From Pseudomonas phage BRkr, in the sequence record LC765218.1: DNA of 64,000 nt; one strand, 5' to 3'. Positions 56,936 through 64,000 of this stretch are shown here, one piece after another. Positions within the stretch are counted from its first letter, which is position 1; the number at the start of each line of letters is the position of its first letter. The position numbers were made by a program, and so were the translations under genes. The notes beneath the pieces are model-generated. The model was not told the DNA's origin and ran no database searches. It saw only the letters and a list, made by a program, of their open reading frames with translations.

Positions 56936-56969
56936 AACGATTACCTTTCGTCAAAATCATAACATATAA

Positions 56970-56985
56970 CCTCCCCGAAGGGAGG
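56970..56985 (-). terminator. hairpin CCTCCC-TTCG-GGGAGG (minus-strand reading)
   Basis: embedded in ACATAA...TTATGT. Confidence 0.55.
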
Positions 56986-56995
56986 CTTTATGTTT

Positions 56996-57211
56996 TTAAT
57001 CTTGATTAGCTAACCATTCTTTAAGAAGAGCAACGAAATTGACAGGCTCTTTTACAATTTGACCATTTCGACAAACTGGTACTTTTTCAATATTCGGGTC
57101 ATCCATAATTGGTCGATACCATTCCTGGAATTTCTTATTCAGGTCCCGACTAAAAATTTCCGTAATGAGTGCGCCAAGTCCATCGTCTTGGAACGGAGCG
57201 GTTTCGTACAT
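56996..57211 (-). CDS. hypothetical small protein (start MYETAPFQ)
   Basis: ATG at 57211 with RBS AGAGGAA; overlaps the 3' end of the upstream ORF by 72 nt. Confidence 0.35.
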   Translation of the reverse strand: MYETAPFQDDGLGALITEIFSRDLNKKFQEWYRPIMDDPNIEKVPVCRNGQIVKEPVNFVALLKEWLANQD

Positions 57212-57498
57212 TTTTGTTCCTCTGTAGTTATAGCAAGTTTTACAAGGGCTAGCCGGTGGGTTACCCAAGCTGTAATGAAATCTCCACGTGTAGTACAATC
57301 GTAGCTTACATGTGCTTGATATTCAGGATGGTTAATATTGAATTTATCTATGACCTTAGACCGTAGATAGTCTTCGGCTGCTTTTGTTGACATCCCTTCT
57401 ATATTTGGGAATTCTTCAATAAGTAGCTCTGACAACATTTTATTTCTTGAAGCTAGGTCTATATCAGCCTCAGTATGACATGGCATGAAAGCTGTCAT
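57139..57498 (-). CDS. hypothetical protein
   Basis: strong RBS AAAGAGGTAACC before the ATG. Confidence 0.55.
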   Translation of the reverse strand: MTAFMPCHTEADIDLASRNKMLSELLIEEFPNIEGMSTKAAEDYLRSKVIDKFNINHPEYQAHVSYDCTTRGDFITAWVTHRLALVKLAITTEEQKCTKPLRSKTMDLAHSLRKFLVGT

Positions 57499-57500
57499 GG

Positions 57501-57692
57501 TTACCTCTTTACATCCTTTGACATACTGTTATATAGCCCAGTATAAAACGACATAAAACTCTCCTTATCGGAGAGTCGTATATCGGATATCAAAACCAGT
57601 CTCTTTTTGATCATGACATCCATCGTGAGGTGACAGTTAGTGGAACTGAAGAGACACCTTTCCGTATGGTCGGCCCAATCGACTTCCCTCAA
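57501..57692 (-). CDS. hypothetical small protein
   Basis: ORF ends 2 nt before the next start. Confidence 0.35.
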   Translation of the reverse strand: MREVDWADHTERCLFSSTNCHLTMDVMIKKRLVLISDIRLSDKESFMSFYTGLYNSMSKDVKR

Positions 57693-57849
57693 TCATCGGC
57701 TTACCACTATTAGCCTTTGGTTTCCAGGTGCTATAAATGGTCACATCGAAATACTACAGTCTACTGGGCCTAATGTGAGATGTTTCTACAGGCAGCTTTC
57801 GATGAAGTAACTTTGTTCGTTACATACTGTAACCAACAGAGTATTTTTT

Positions 57850-57996
57850 TTAATCTAACGTACAGAGTACACCGATTAAACGGAACGGGCAGGTCAAGAC
57901 CCACCAAATAGCTTCAAATACTGCACCAATTATTTCACCAACTACATTGAGGGCTTGTCGCCCTTTATGCTGTTTTTCTTTTTTGACATCGGTCAT
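57850..57996 (-). CDS. very small membrane protein (48 aa, 1 TM)
   Basis: TAATGA-coupled to the upstream small ORF; hydrophobic VVGEIIGAVFEAIWWVLTCPF; below track cutoff. Confidence 0.3.
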   Translation of the reverse strand: MTDVKKEKQHKGRQALNVVGEIIGAVFEAIWWVLTCPFRLIGVLCTLD

Positions 57997-57998
57997 TA

Positions 57999-58169
57999 TT
58001 AACAAACCATAATTGGTACTTCAAGACCATTGCGTTCACAATGTTCTTCAAGTTTACGTTGAGCTTGGTTGAACTTAGCTAGTTCTTCAAGAGTTTTCTT
58101 TTGGTTATCAGCAAGTTGTTCTGGACTCTGACAATCGCGAATTGCTTTTATAGAAAGATTAGGAATCAT
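57999..58169 (-). CDS. very small protein (56 aa)
   Basis: ATG with RBS GGGTGA 3 nt after the upstream gene's stop; below track cutoff. Confidence 0.3.
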   Translation of the reverse strand: MIPNLSIKAIRDCQSPEQLADNQKKTLEELAKFNQAQRKLEEHCERNGLEVPIMVC

Positions 58170-58172
58170 AGG

Positions 58173-58707
58173 TCACCCGAAAGATTTACGTGCATCTGCT
58201 TCATTATCAAACAAACGACAACCCCAGATATAAGCTGCATCCAGTTCACCCCGGAAACAGTCTTTAACTTCTTTACTAGCTGTCTTCATGTAGTTATCTA
58301 CTGCATCTAAGAAAGAGTAACCTTCAGCTTTACCTACAAAGCTAGCTATACTGGATTCACCAGTAGCTCGATGACCTTCTTGCCAAATCTCATACTCTTT
58401 CTTCTTAAGTACAGTACCACGTTGTTCTTCTAAGACTTTCATTACTTGATCAAAGTCTTCATAACCCATGCGACTGAGACGAGCAATGAGACTTTGCTGT
58501 GCTTTACCATCTAACAACGTCTCATGCATCTCTTTGGTGGCTTCTAGGTACACGCCGTTTTGGAGGAGGATCAAGAAGTCATTAAACTTCATATATTCAC
58601 CACCCTCGTTATCTAAGACCATCTTAGTCTCATTGACAGTGTCCTGTGGACTCAATAGAATCTTAGGCACTGCGGGCGACCAACGTTTAATCAAACTTAA
58701 TGCTGAC
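58173..58707 (-). CDS. hypothetical protein
   Basis: ATG at 58707 with RBS AAAGGAAA (the track's first ATG at 58736 abuts the terminator hairpin). Confidence 0.55.
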
Positions 58708-58739
58708 ATGTTATTTCCTTTTGTAATAGTTGACATAAA

Positions 58740-58759
58740 GCTCTCCCCGAAGGGAGAGC
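58740..58759 (-). terminator. hairpin GCTCTCCC-TTCG-GGGAGAGC (minus-strand reading) + TTTATGT
   Basis: just downstream of tRNA-Tyr. Confidence 0.6.
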
Positions 58760-58772
58760 ACTATGACGCATT

Positions 58773-58860
58773 GGTGGAGAGGACTGGACTCGAACCAGTA
58801 ATGCCCGATACGGACGGCTGATTTACAGTCAGCTGGGGTTACCAATTTTCCTATCTCTCC
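58773..58860 (-). tRNA. tRNA-Tyr (anticodon GUA), type II
   Basis: acceptor GGAGAGA/CCTCTCC (A7-C66 mismatch), anticodon stem GCTGA/TCAGC, loop CTGTAAA, long variable arm, T-stem ACTGG/CCAGT, CCA encoded. Confidence 0.75.
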
Positions 58861-58904
58861 GAAATCTGGTATAGTCTTACATAGTATTACTATACCAGTA
58901 TTTA

Positions 58905-60752
58905 TTAAATTCCAAGACGATAGAACTTGTCTGTAATTGTATTATTACTGGCTCCAGTTAGACCACCGCCAACATATGCTGTGCCATTAATAAATCCACC
59001 ATAGCCATCATTCACACCGTTTGGTAGTTCTGGTAGTTTACGCCAAGTTCTCGATTGGATATTATACGCATTGGCTTTTCTACGTTTGTCTTCGTCAACA
59101 CCGCCAATGTATATAATTTCTTCATCGTTAGTCAGCATTACACCGTAACTGTTAACACCTGGCCCATCGGTAGTCGGTAGAGACTCCCATGCAAATGTAT
59201 TCATATTCATTCGATCAAATCGACCGGATTGCGAACCATTTACAAATCCACCATAGACATACATGTACTCGCCGACAACAACCGCTCTATGTGAAGATCG
59301 TTGGATACCACCTTGCGCGACTCGTTTTGACCACATGTTAGATGCAATATCGTAGACGAACAACGCGTCAGATTCATTATTCCCGCCAAGCAAATAGAGC
59401 TTACCATTATAATGAACCATCGTAGCTTGTGTTCTAAATACTGGATTAGATGAACCCGGAGAAGCGGGTGTAATAGCCGTCCAATCATTGGTCGCTACGT
59501 TATAACGCCAGAAATCCGCTGATTGGTTAGATCCACTGAATAGGTACATATGTGTATCATTTGCAGCTGCACACATATTGGCACGTGCACTCGGACTTAA
59601 ACCAGATCCAGTGAATAGACCGTTCCATGTATTAGTCTCAGGATTATATTTATTAAACGCGCCTCTATATGCACCTGTACTTGTATACCCGCCGAACATA
59701 TACAGTTCATCATCTATTACAACCGCAGTGGAACCTCGACTATCATAAGGTGCGTTTGCCATTACTTCCCATTCAGTTTTACTTGGAGGGATAGGAATAG
59801 TGAATTTATAGATAGCTGCTTTCGTTCTTTCAGGGGTGTTAAAAAGGGCATCATCGATAACAATGTCCGAACCACCGATCAGATACAGATCGCCATTCGA
59901 TGGATTTAATGCGACTGATGTCCCATGGACCTCACCAATATTCGTCTCAGTAACAACAAATTGTTTTTCGGCGATATAATAACGAACACAATGAATCTTA
60001 CCATCTTTAACGATAGTGTAGTTAAAAGTCCCGTTCCAGTACTTACCACCTTGATGACCACCGTGGTAGTCTGTAGAGTATGAATGGTACAATGTCCATG
60101 TATTAATAGCACCGGTGTATTTATAAACATCTTGGTTAACAACCCAACTGCCAGAGATGTTCTTCCATCCACCCATCACATAGAAATTCCCTTTATGGCA
60201 GAATGCATACGCTCCAGATAGAATAACAGGGCACCGGGCACTCATTACTTCTCGAACGTTATTCGATAGTCTATAGCGAATCAAAAGATCTGTTGCATGT
60301 TCCAGTACCCAAATAAATTCACCGCCATCCCAATCGCCGATACTGTTATAAGTGGATGTATTCATCAACTGATTACTAATAAGATTATCATTAGGTACAG
60401 TTGGATTGATCATCGTGATGACGTTTTGTGTCCAAGAAGCGCCACGACGCCCACCGAACATGTAAAGTCTATCGGATGTTGGAACAAATACACCCGCCGT
60501 ATGACAAAGTGAATAACTATTTTGGACAGCTGTTTTACTGATTTGAGTACCAGTGCTATCAAAAATTCTGATGTTATTATCAGTTGTACTTCTTGATGGG
60601 GCACCACTATTAATATTTAATAAACCATTTCTGAAATAGGGTACCGATCCAACCAATCCAACATCCAGTTGTCCAAACAATGTTGGTTGGTTATACGGTA
60701 TCATTTCCACTGGCTTAGCTTGCCCAGCAGCTGATAACAATAATTCAAACAT
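58905..60752 (-). CDS. Kelch-repeat beta-propeller protein 3 (615 aa); N-terminus MFELLLSAAGQ
   Basis: at least 9 Kelch-like blades (LYMFGGRRG, FYVMGGW, LYLIGGSD, LYMFGGYTS, MYLFSGSN, LYLLGGNN, MYVYGGF, IYIGGVDED, AYVGGGLTG). Confidence 0.8.
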   Translation of the reverse strand: MFELLLSAAGQAKPVEMIPYNQPTLFGQLDVGLVGSVPYFRNGLLNINSGAPSRSTTDNNIRIFDSTGTQISKTAVQNSYSLCHTAGVFVPTSDRLYMFGGRRGASWTQNVITMINPTVPNDNLISNQLMNTSTYNSIGDWDGGEFIWVLEHATDLLIRYRLSNNVREVMSARCPVILSGAYAFCHKGNFYVMGGWKNISGSWVVNQDVYKYTGAINTWTLYHSYSTDYHGGHQGGKYWNGTFNYTIVKDGKIHCVRYYIAEKQFVVTETNIGEVHGTSVALNPSNGDLYLIGGSDIVIDDALFNTPERTKAAIYKFTIPIPPSKTEWEVMANAPYDSRGSTAVVIDDELYMFGGYTSTGAYRGAFNKYNPETNTWNGLFTGSGLSPSARANMCAAANDTHMYLFSGSNQSADFWRYNVATNDWTAITPASPGSSNPVFRTQATMVHYNGKLYLLGGNNESDALFVYDIASNMWSKRVAQGGIQRSSHRAVVVGEYMYVYGGFVNGSQSGRFDRMNMNTFAWESLPTTDGPGVNSYGVMLTNDEEIIYIGGVDEDKRRKANAYNIQSRTWRKLPELPNGVNDGYGGFINGTAYVGGGLTGASNNTITDKFYRLGI

Positions 60753-60820
60753 GAGTATGCTCTCAAGTAAACCATTTAGTTCATAAGATAATCAGTTTGA
60801 ATAAGTTGTAGGATGTATTG

Positions 60821-61477
60821 CTATTTCGTTATGGTTAACTCAACTTTTAAATACGCTCCGGGACTTGGAGGGTCATTAGGTTCAATAACCCGGAACGTTA
60901 TCGTATCCCCATATTTTTCTTTAATAGCCGATTCGAACGCATATATCGAAACATATTTATTATCTACAAAAATGTCGAAGGTTAGAACTGGTGGAATTGT
61001 CCTATATTCAGGGCTGGCCGGTGCCATATTTTCAGTTAAATAGATTAATGCTTCAGTTACACGTGTATCAATTTGGTATAGTAAATCATCTAACATTTCT
61101 ATATTGGTTAATCGTCCAACATTTCTATCATCCTTAATTATTTTATCGGCCAACTGTTTAGGTACAGGTGATAAAATAACATGTTTTCCTTTATATGCTT
61201 CAGCATGAGGTAATGGATCTTCTATTAAAAATACATTAATAAATCCAAATCCATCATACTCAATATCGTGTGTAGATGTATTTATGCCTAGTGACAGTAC
61301 TCCCTCACGTAACATATAGCCTTTAGCTAACACCTCATATGAATCAAGTGTTCTATGATATTTTGATCCATCTTCTATATGAGGACCACCATGGGTTCTA
61401 TGTCCTACAGCATTTATAACCTTAACTTCCATAAGGTTACTGTCATCTAAAAACAGGCCTTTTGATCTATTCAACAT
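60821..61477 (-). CDS. hypothetical protein
   Basis: RBS TAGGAGAT. Confidence 0.6.
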   Translation of the reverse strand: MLNRSKGLFLDDSNLMEVKVINAVGHRTHGGPHIEDGSKYHRTLDSYEVLAKGYMLREGVLSLGINTSTHDIEYDGFGFINVFLIEDPLPHAEAYKGKHVILSPVPKQLADKIIKDDRNVGRLTNIEMLDDLLYQIDTRVTEALIYLTENMAPASPEYRTIPPVLTFDIFVDNKYVSIYAFESAIKEKYGDTITFRVIEPNDPPSPGAYLKVELTITK

Positions 61478-61526
61478 TTTCAGTATCTCCTATAACTCCG
61501 ATATTGGAGTATAACATCACGGCATA

Positions 61527-61552
61527 AAAGAGTAGCCAATGGCTACTCTTTT
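61527..61552 (-). terminator. hairpin AAAAGAGTAGCC-AAT-GGCTACTCTTTT immediately 3' of the tRNA 3' fragment
   Basis: same repeat family as 62214..62237. Confidence 0.5.
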
Positions 61553-61557
61553 GAATT

Positions 61558-61590
61558 TGGCTCCGCGACCTGGACTCGAACCAGGGACCC
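61558..61590 (-). pseudogene. tRNA 3' half (T-arm CCTGG-TTCGAGT-CCAGG + acceptor 3' strand TCGCGGA-G-CCA)
   Basis: canonical T-arm and CCA end; acceptor strand is the exact complement of the 5' fragment at 62341..62374. Confidence 0.6.
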
Positions 61591-61603
61591 AGTATATTTT
61601 TTT

Positions 61604-62161
61604 TTATTGTGTGGGGACCAAGGTGCTAATACCCCCATTAGCACCGACCCTAATAAACCTAGCCGGAATATTGATCTTGTATGCTCGGCACCATTTACGA
61701 ATAGCGTTATCGGATACTCCATACTTCTCTCCTATTTTTACAAGTGATAGCAATGTAACATCGAGGGCAAGTTGTTCTTTGGATGGTCGATCCACCTTAC
61801 GACGACCTTTGGCTGAACACTCGGGGCTACAGAATGTTATCAGTCGGTGACTAATGACAATACCACAGCCAGCACAAAGCTTAGTTGGATAGTTCCTAGG
61901 ATCAATACCGAGCCGTTTCATCCAACCATGTAACTTCATGTGTTGTGACTGAGGGAGAATCAATAAGTTCTCTGGATGGTTGTTAAGCTTATTCTCATCC
62001 AGATGATGAACTTCCTCGTCATCGTAAAGTGGTCTACCTAATGTGTCTTCTCCAACCACTCGATGTTCGTAAACCCATCCAAACATTTTAGGGTTAGCTA
62101 TGGCTTGACGATGTTCGGGTAAATATAATGCCCTATAGCCGTTAATTATTTTCTCTTTCAT
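61604..62161 (-). CDS. HNH homing endonuclease (paralog 2)
   Basis: VHHLDENKLNNHPENL; about 70% identical to paralog 1 over the conserved core. Confidence 0.85.
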   Translation of the reverse strand: MKEKIINGYRALYLPEHRQAIANPKMFGWVYEHRVVGEDTLGRPLYDDEEVHHLDENKLNNHPENLLILPQSQHMKLHGWMKRLGIDPRNYPTKLCAGCGIVISHRLITFCSPECSAKGRRKVDRPSKEQLALDVTLLSLVKIGEKYGVSDNAIRKWCRAYKINIPARFIRVGANGGISTLVPTQ

Positions 62162-62213
62162 ATCGAACCTAGGATATATAAATAGATCGCTAGTTCGATC
62201 TATGTGACGGAAT

Positions 62214-62237
62214 AAAGAGTAGCCGGAGCTACTCTTT
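62214..62237 (-). terminator. hairpin AAAGAGTAGC-TCCG-GCTACTCTTT 3' of the nested tRNA
   Basis: repeat of the 61527 hairpin. Confidence 0.5.
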
Positions 62238-62242
62238 GAAAT

Positions 62243-62329
62243 TGGCTGGTAAGGTAGGATTCGAACCTACGATGGGCTTTCGCCAACGGATTAACAGTCC
62301 GCCCCCTGCTACCGCTCGGGTACTTACCA
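62243..62329 (-). tRNA. unusual tRNA: anticodon GUU (Asn-type anticodon arm identical to E. coli tRNA-Asn) with a long type-II-like variable arm
   Basis: perfect acceptor TGGTAAG/CTTACCA, D-arm CCC-GAGCGGTAGCA-GGG, anticodon stem GCGGA/TCCGT, loop CTGTTAA, 15-nt variable arm with GGC-GAAA-GCC hairpin, T-arm GTAGG-TTCGAAT-CCTAC, CCA encoded. Confidence 0.6.
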
Positions 62330-62340
62330 AGAAAACTATC

Positions 62341-62374
62341 CAGTCGCTTGCTCTACCGACTGAGCTATCGCGGA
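62341..62374 (-). pseudogene. tRNA 5' half (acceptor TCCGCGA + D-arm GCTCAGTCGGTAGAGC)
   Basis: canonical 5' tRNA half with no matching 3' partner nearby; complements the 3' fragment 760 nt downstream. Confidence 0.6.
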
Positions 62375-62470
62375 AGAATTATTAACAACTTCTTTCTTGT
62401 AGAAAAATCACAAGTAACTGAATTACAGTATTTCACTACATATTATTACAATCTGAGTTAGATAGTTATT

Positions 62471-63478
62471 TTAATCAATGGCTAATGGTGCTAGTTTTAC
62501 CTGATAGATACCTGATAACAATTGGCTTTTTAACATATATGCTCCACCACCAACTGGCATTTTAGATCCACCTGCAATGATCATGCTATTATCTGGTCCT
62601 TTGGCTATAGATGAAATATTAAGGAATCCAATACCTAGTTCAAATGGTTCAGCCCATTTCCGGCGCCTAATATTAAAACGCTGTGCAAACATTTTAGTTA
62701 CACCGCCGACATCAACTGCATTAAGGTAATTAAAATATTCCCCATCTACATAACCATTACCTTGCCATATTGTTGCTTTGTCAGCAGGTATTATTAGCCA
62801 TGGTGTTAGTTCCCATACAAGTGTAGTAACATTGTATCTATAGACTTCTAAGTTTGGTATGTTCTTAGTATTATCCCAGCCACCAAAATGGTAGAAATAA
62901 CCATTATAATAAAATAATTGTTGACCTGACCTAGGTCCACCGCTATAGTCTTGACCGCCGAGCCAGTTCTTAGTCGATGGTTTTAATCGCATGGCGTTTG
63001 TACCAACTGGATTAACACACATAATAAGATCATTGCCATCAGACGCTGACGCAGTTCCCCATAATGCACCAGGACCACTATAACGCTCAACGCGACTACC
63101 TGTGCTTATATCAAAATGTTGTATAAAGTTAGAAGTACCTGTACCCCCATCACCTGCTGCGTTCCATCCAGTAATACCACCATAAACAATAAAGTTATTT
63201 TTATGTAATGTACCAAATCCAAGTGATACACCCGGTAAAAATGTACCAGATGCTGTTGCGCTTATCTCTGTAAATGGGTTTATAGTGAACCGTCTGAAAA
63301 CAGTTGCTGCTGATTGTCCTTCCGTATGATGTCCGGATCCAACATATAACGTATTTCCATCTACGTACGACATCGTACCTGCCAATGCTACCGGTAGGTC
63401 ACCTAATTTTATAATTTCACTAAATCCAACCAAGGGTGTTTCATCGCCTAAACCTGATGATAATAGTAATTCAAACAT
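62471..63478 (-). CDS. Kelch-repeat beta-propeller protein 4; N-terminus MFELLLSSGLG
   Basis: blades LYVGSG, FIVYGG, YFYHFGGW; 5' UTR nearly identical to that of protein 3. Confidence 0.75.
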   Translation of the reverse strand: MFELLLSSGLGDETPLVGFSEIIKLGDLPVALAGTMSYVDGNTLYVGSGHHTEGQSAATVFRRFTINPFTEISATASGTFLPGVSLGFGTLHKNNFIVYGGITGWNAAGDGGTGTSNFIQHFDISTGSRVERYSGPGALWGTASASDGNDLIMCVNPVGTNAMRLKPSTKNWLGGQDYSGGPRSGQQLFYYNGYFYHFGGWDNTKNIPNLEVYRYNVTTLVWELTPWLIIPADKATIWQGNGYVDGEYFNYLNAVDVGGVTKMFAQRFNIRRRKWAEPFELGIGFLNISSIAKGPDNSMIIAGGSKMPVGGGAYMLKSQLLSGIYQVKLAPLAID

Positions 63479-63556
63479 GAGTGTGCTCTCAAGTAAATCA
63501 TTTTAGATCATAGGATAACCTTTGCGGCTCAGATATTTATTTTATTATAATAGACA

Positions 63557-63592
63557 GCATAATGCCTCCCTTAAATAGGGGAGGCATTATGC
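63557..63592 (-). terminator. long hairpin GCATAATGCCTCCC-TTAAATA-GGGGAGGCATTATGC 3' of the CAU tRNA
   Basis: 14 bp inverted repeat. Confidence 0.5.
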
Positions 63593-63602
63593 TTTATTAA
63601 TT

Positions 63603-63679
63603 TGGTGGGTCCAGCAGGACTTGAACCTGCGACCAAGCGATTATGAGTCGCCTGCTCTAACCAACTGAGCTATAGACCC
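63603..63679 (-). tRNA. tRNA with anticodon CAU; anticodon and T arms match the tRNA-Ile2 (lysidine) type
   Basis: 77 nt cloverleaf; GGCGA-CTCATAA-TCGCT-TGGTC-GCAGG-TTCAAGT-CCTGC nearly identical to E. coli ileX; CCA encoded. Confidence 0.8.
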
Positions 63680-63722
63680 TAATTCATTATCTACATATTA
63701 GTATACATAGGGCTCTTATGAC

Positions 63723-64000
63723 ATCATGGACGGTCAGTCCAGTGCTTGAAATAGTTACCATCATTAGGGCGGCCATGTTTGGTAAGAATATTTTTAAGTT
63801 CTTCGCCAGACAACTTAATTCTATCGCCTACTGGACTATCCAGTTCAGGACAGGGTTCAGTCTTACGTGTGATGATTAGATTGTCAGTTCCATCTTTGAA
63901 GATAAAGATAAACTGAGTTTCATTATCACTAATCTTTTTCTTAACGCAATGTTTTACTTCTGGATGTTTCTTGTGGATAGCTACAAAAGATTCAACAAGA
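63723..64000 (-). CDS. hypothetical protein, 5' truncated at window end (C-terminus ...NYFKHWTDRP)
   Basis: ORF open to the window edge; stop TGA at 63723-63725. Confidence 0.45.

Overview
This 64 kb window looks like part of a large virulent T4-like (myovirus-type) phage genome, not a bacterial chromosome. The evidence is the gene layout and content. Small ORFs are tightly packed and translationally coupled, often by ATGA or TAATG stop-start overlaps. The window carries thymidylate synthase (td), an RNA ligase, HNH homing endonucleases, a tRNA gene cluster and many UUCG-tetraloop terminator hairpins. GC content is low to moderate.

Positions 1-49930 are transcribed almost entirely on the + strand and hold early, metabolic and accessory genes. 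Positions 49979-64000 are transcribed on the - strand and hold Kelch-repeat proteins, tRNAs and HNH endonucleases.

Recognisable genes on the + strand:
- thymidylate synthase with large insertions
- a nucleotidyltransferase-domain protein
- RtcB RNA ligase
- a PRPP-synthetase-like gene followed directly by a NAMPT-like gene (probable NAD reconstitution module)
- an ATP-dependent RNA ligase (KxDG motif) with an N-terminal tRNA-binding-like OB domain
- an HD-domain hydrolase resembling small alarmone hydrolases
- a GNAT acetyltransferase
- an SPFH (band 7) lipoprotein
- a CX5R Cys-phosphatase
- a membrane-anchored BCS1-like AAA+ ATPase
- many hypothetical ORFs

On the - strand there are five tRNA genes: Thr-UGU, Leu-UAG, Tyr-GUA, Ile2/Met-CAU, and an odd GUU tRNA with a long variable arm. 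Two paralogous HNH endonuclease genes each sit directly 5' of a tRNA. Four Kelch-repeat beta-propeller proteins share an MFE(L/A)LL N-terminus.

A tRNA gene appears to be split or disrupted: a 5' half and a 3' half with perfectly complementary acceptor stems flank an HNH gene plus a nested tRNA.

A conserved intergenic motif CTATATTAC, a candidate phage promoter, recurs upstream of genes.

All functional calls come from motif recognition by eye; no database search was possible. tRNA and hairpin coordinates may be off by 1-2 nt.
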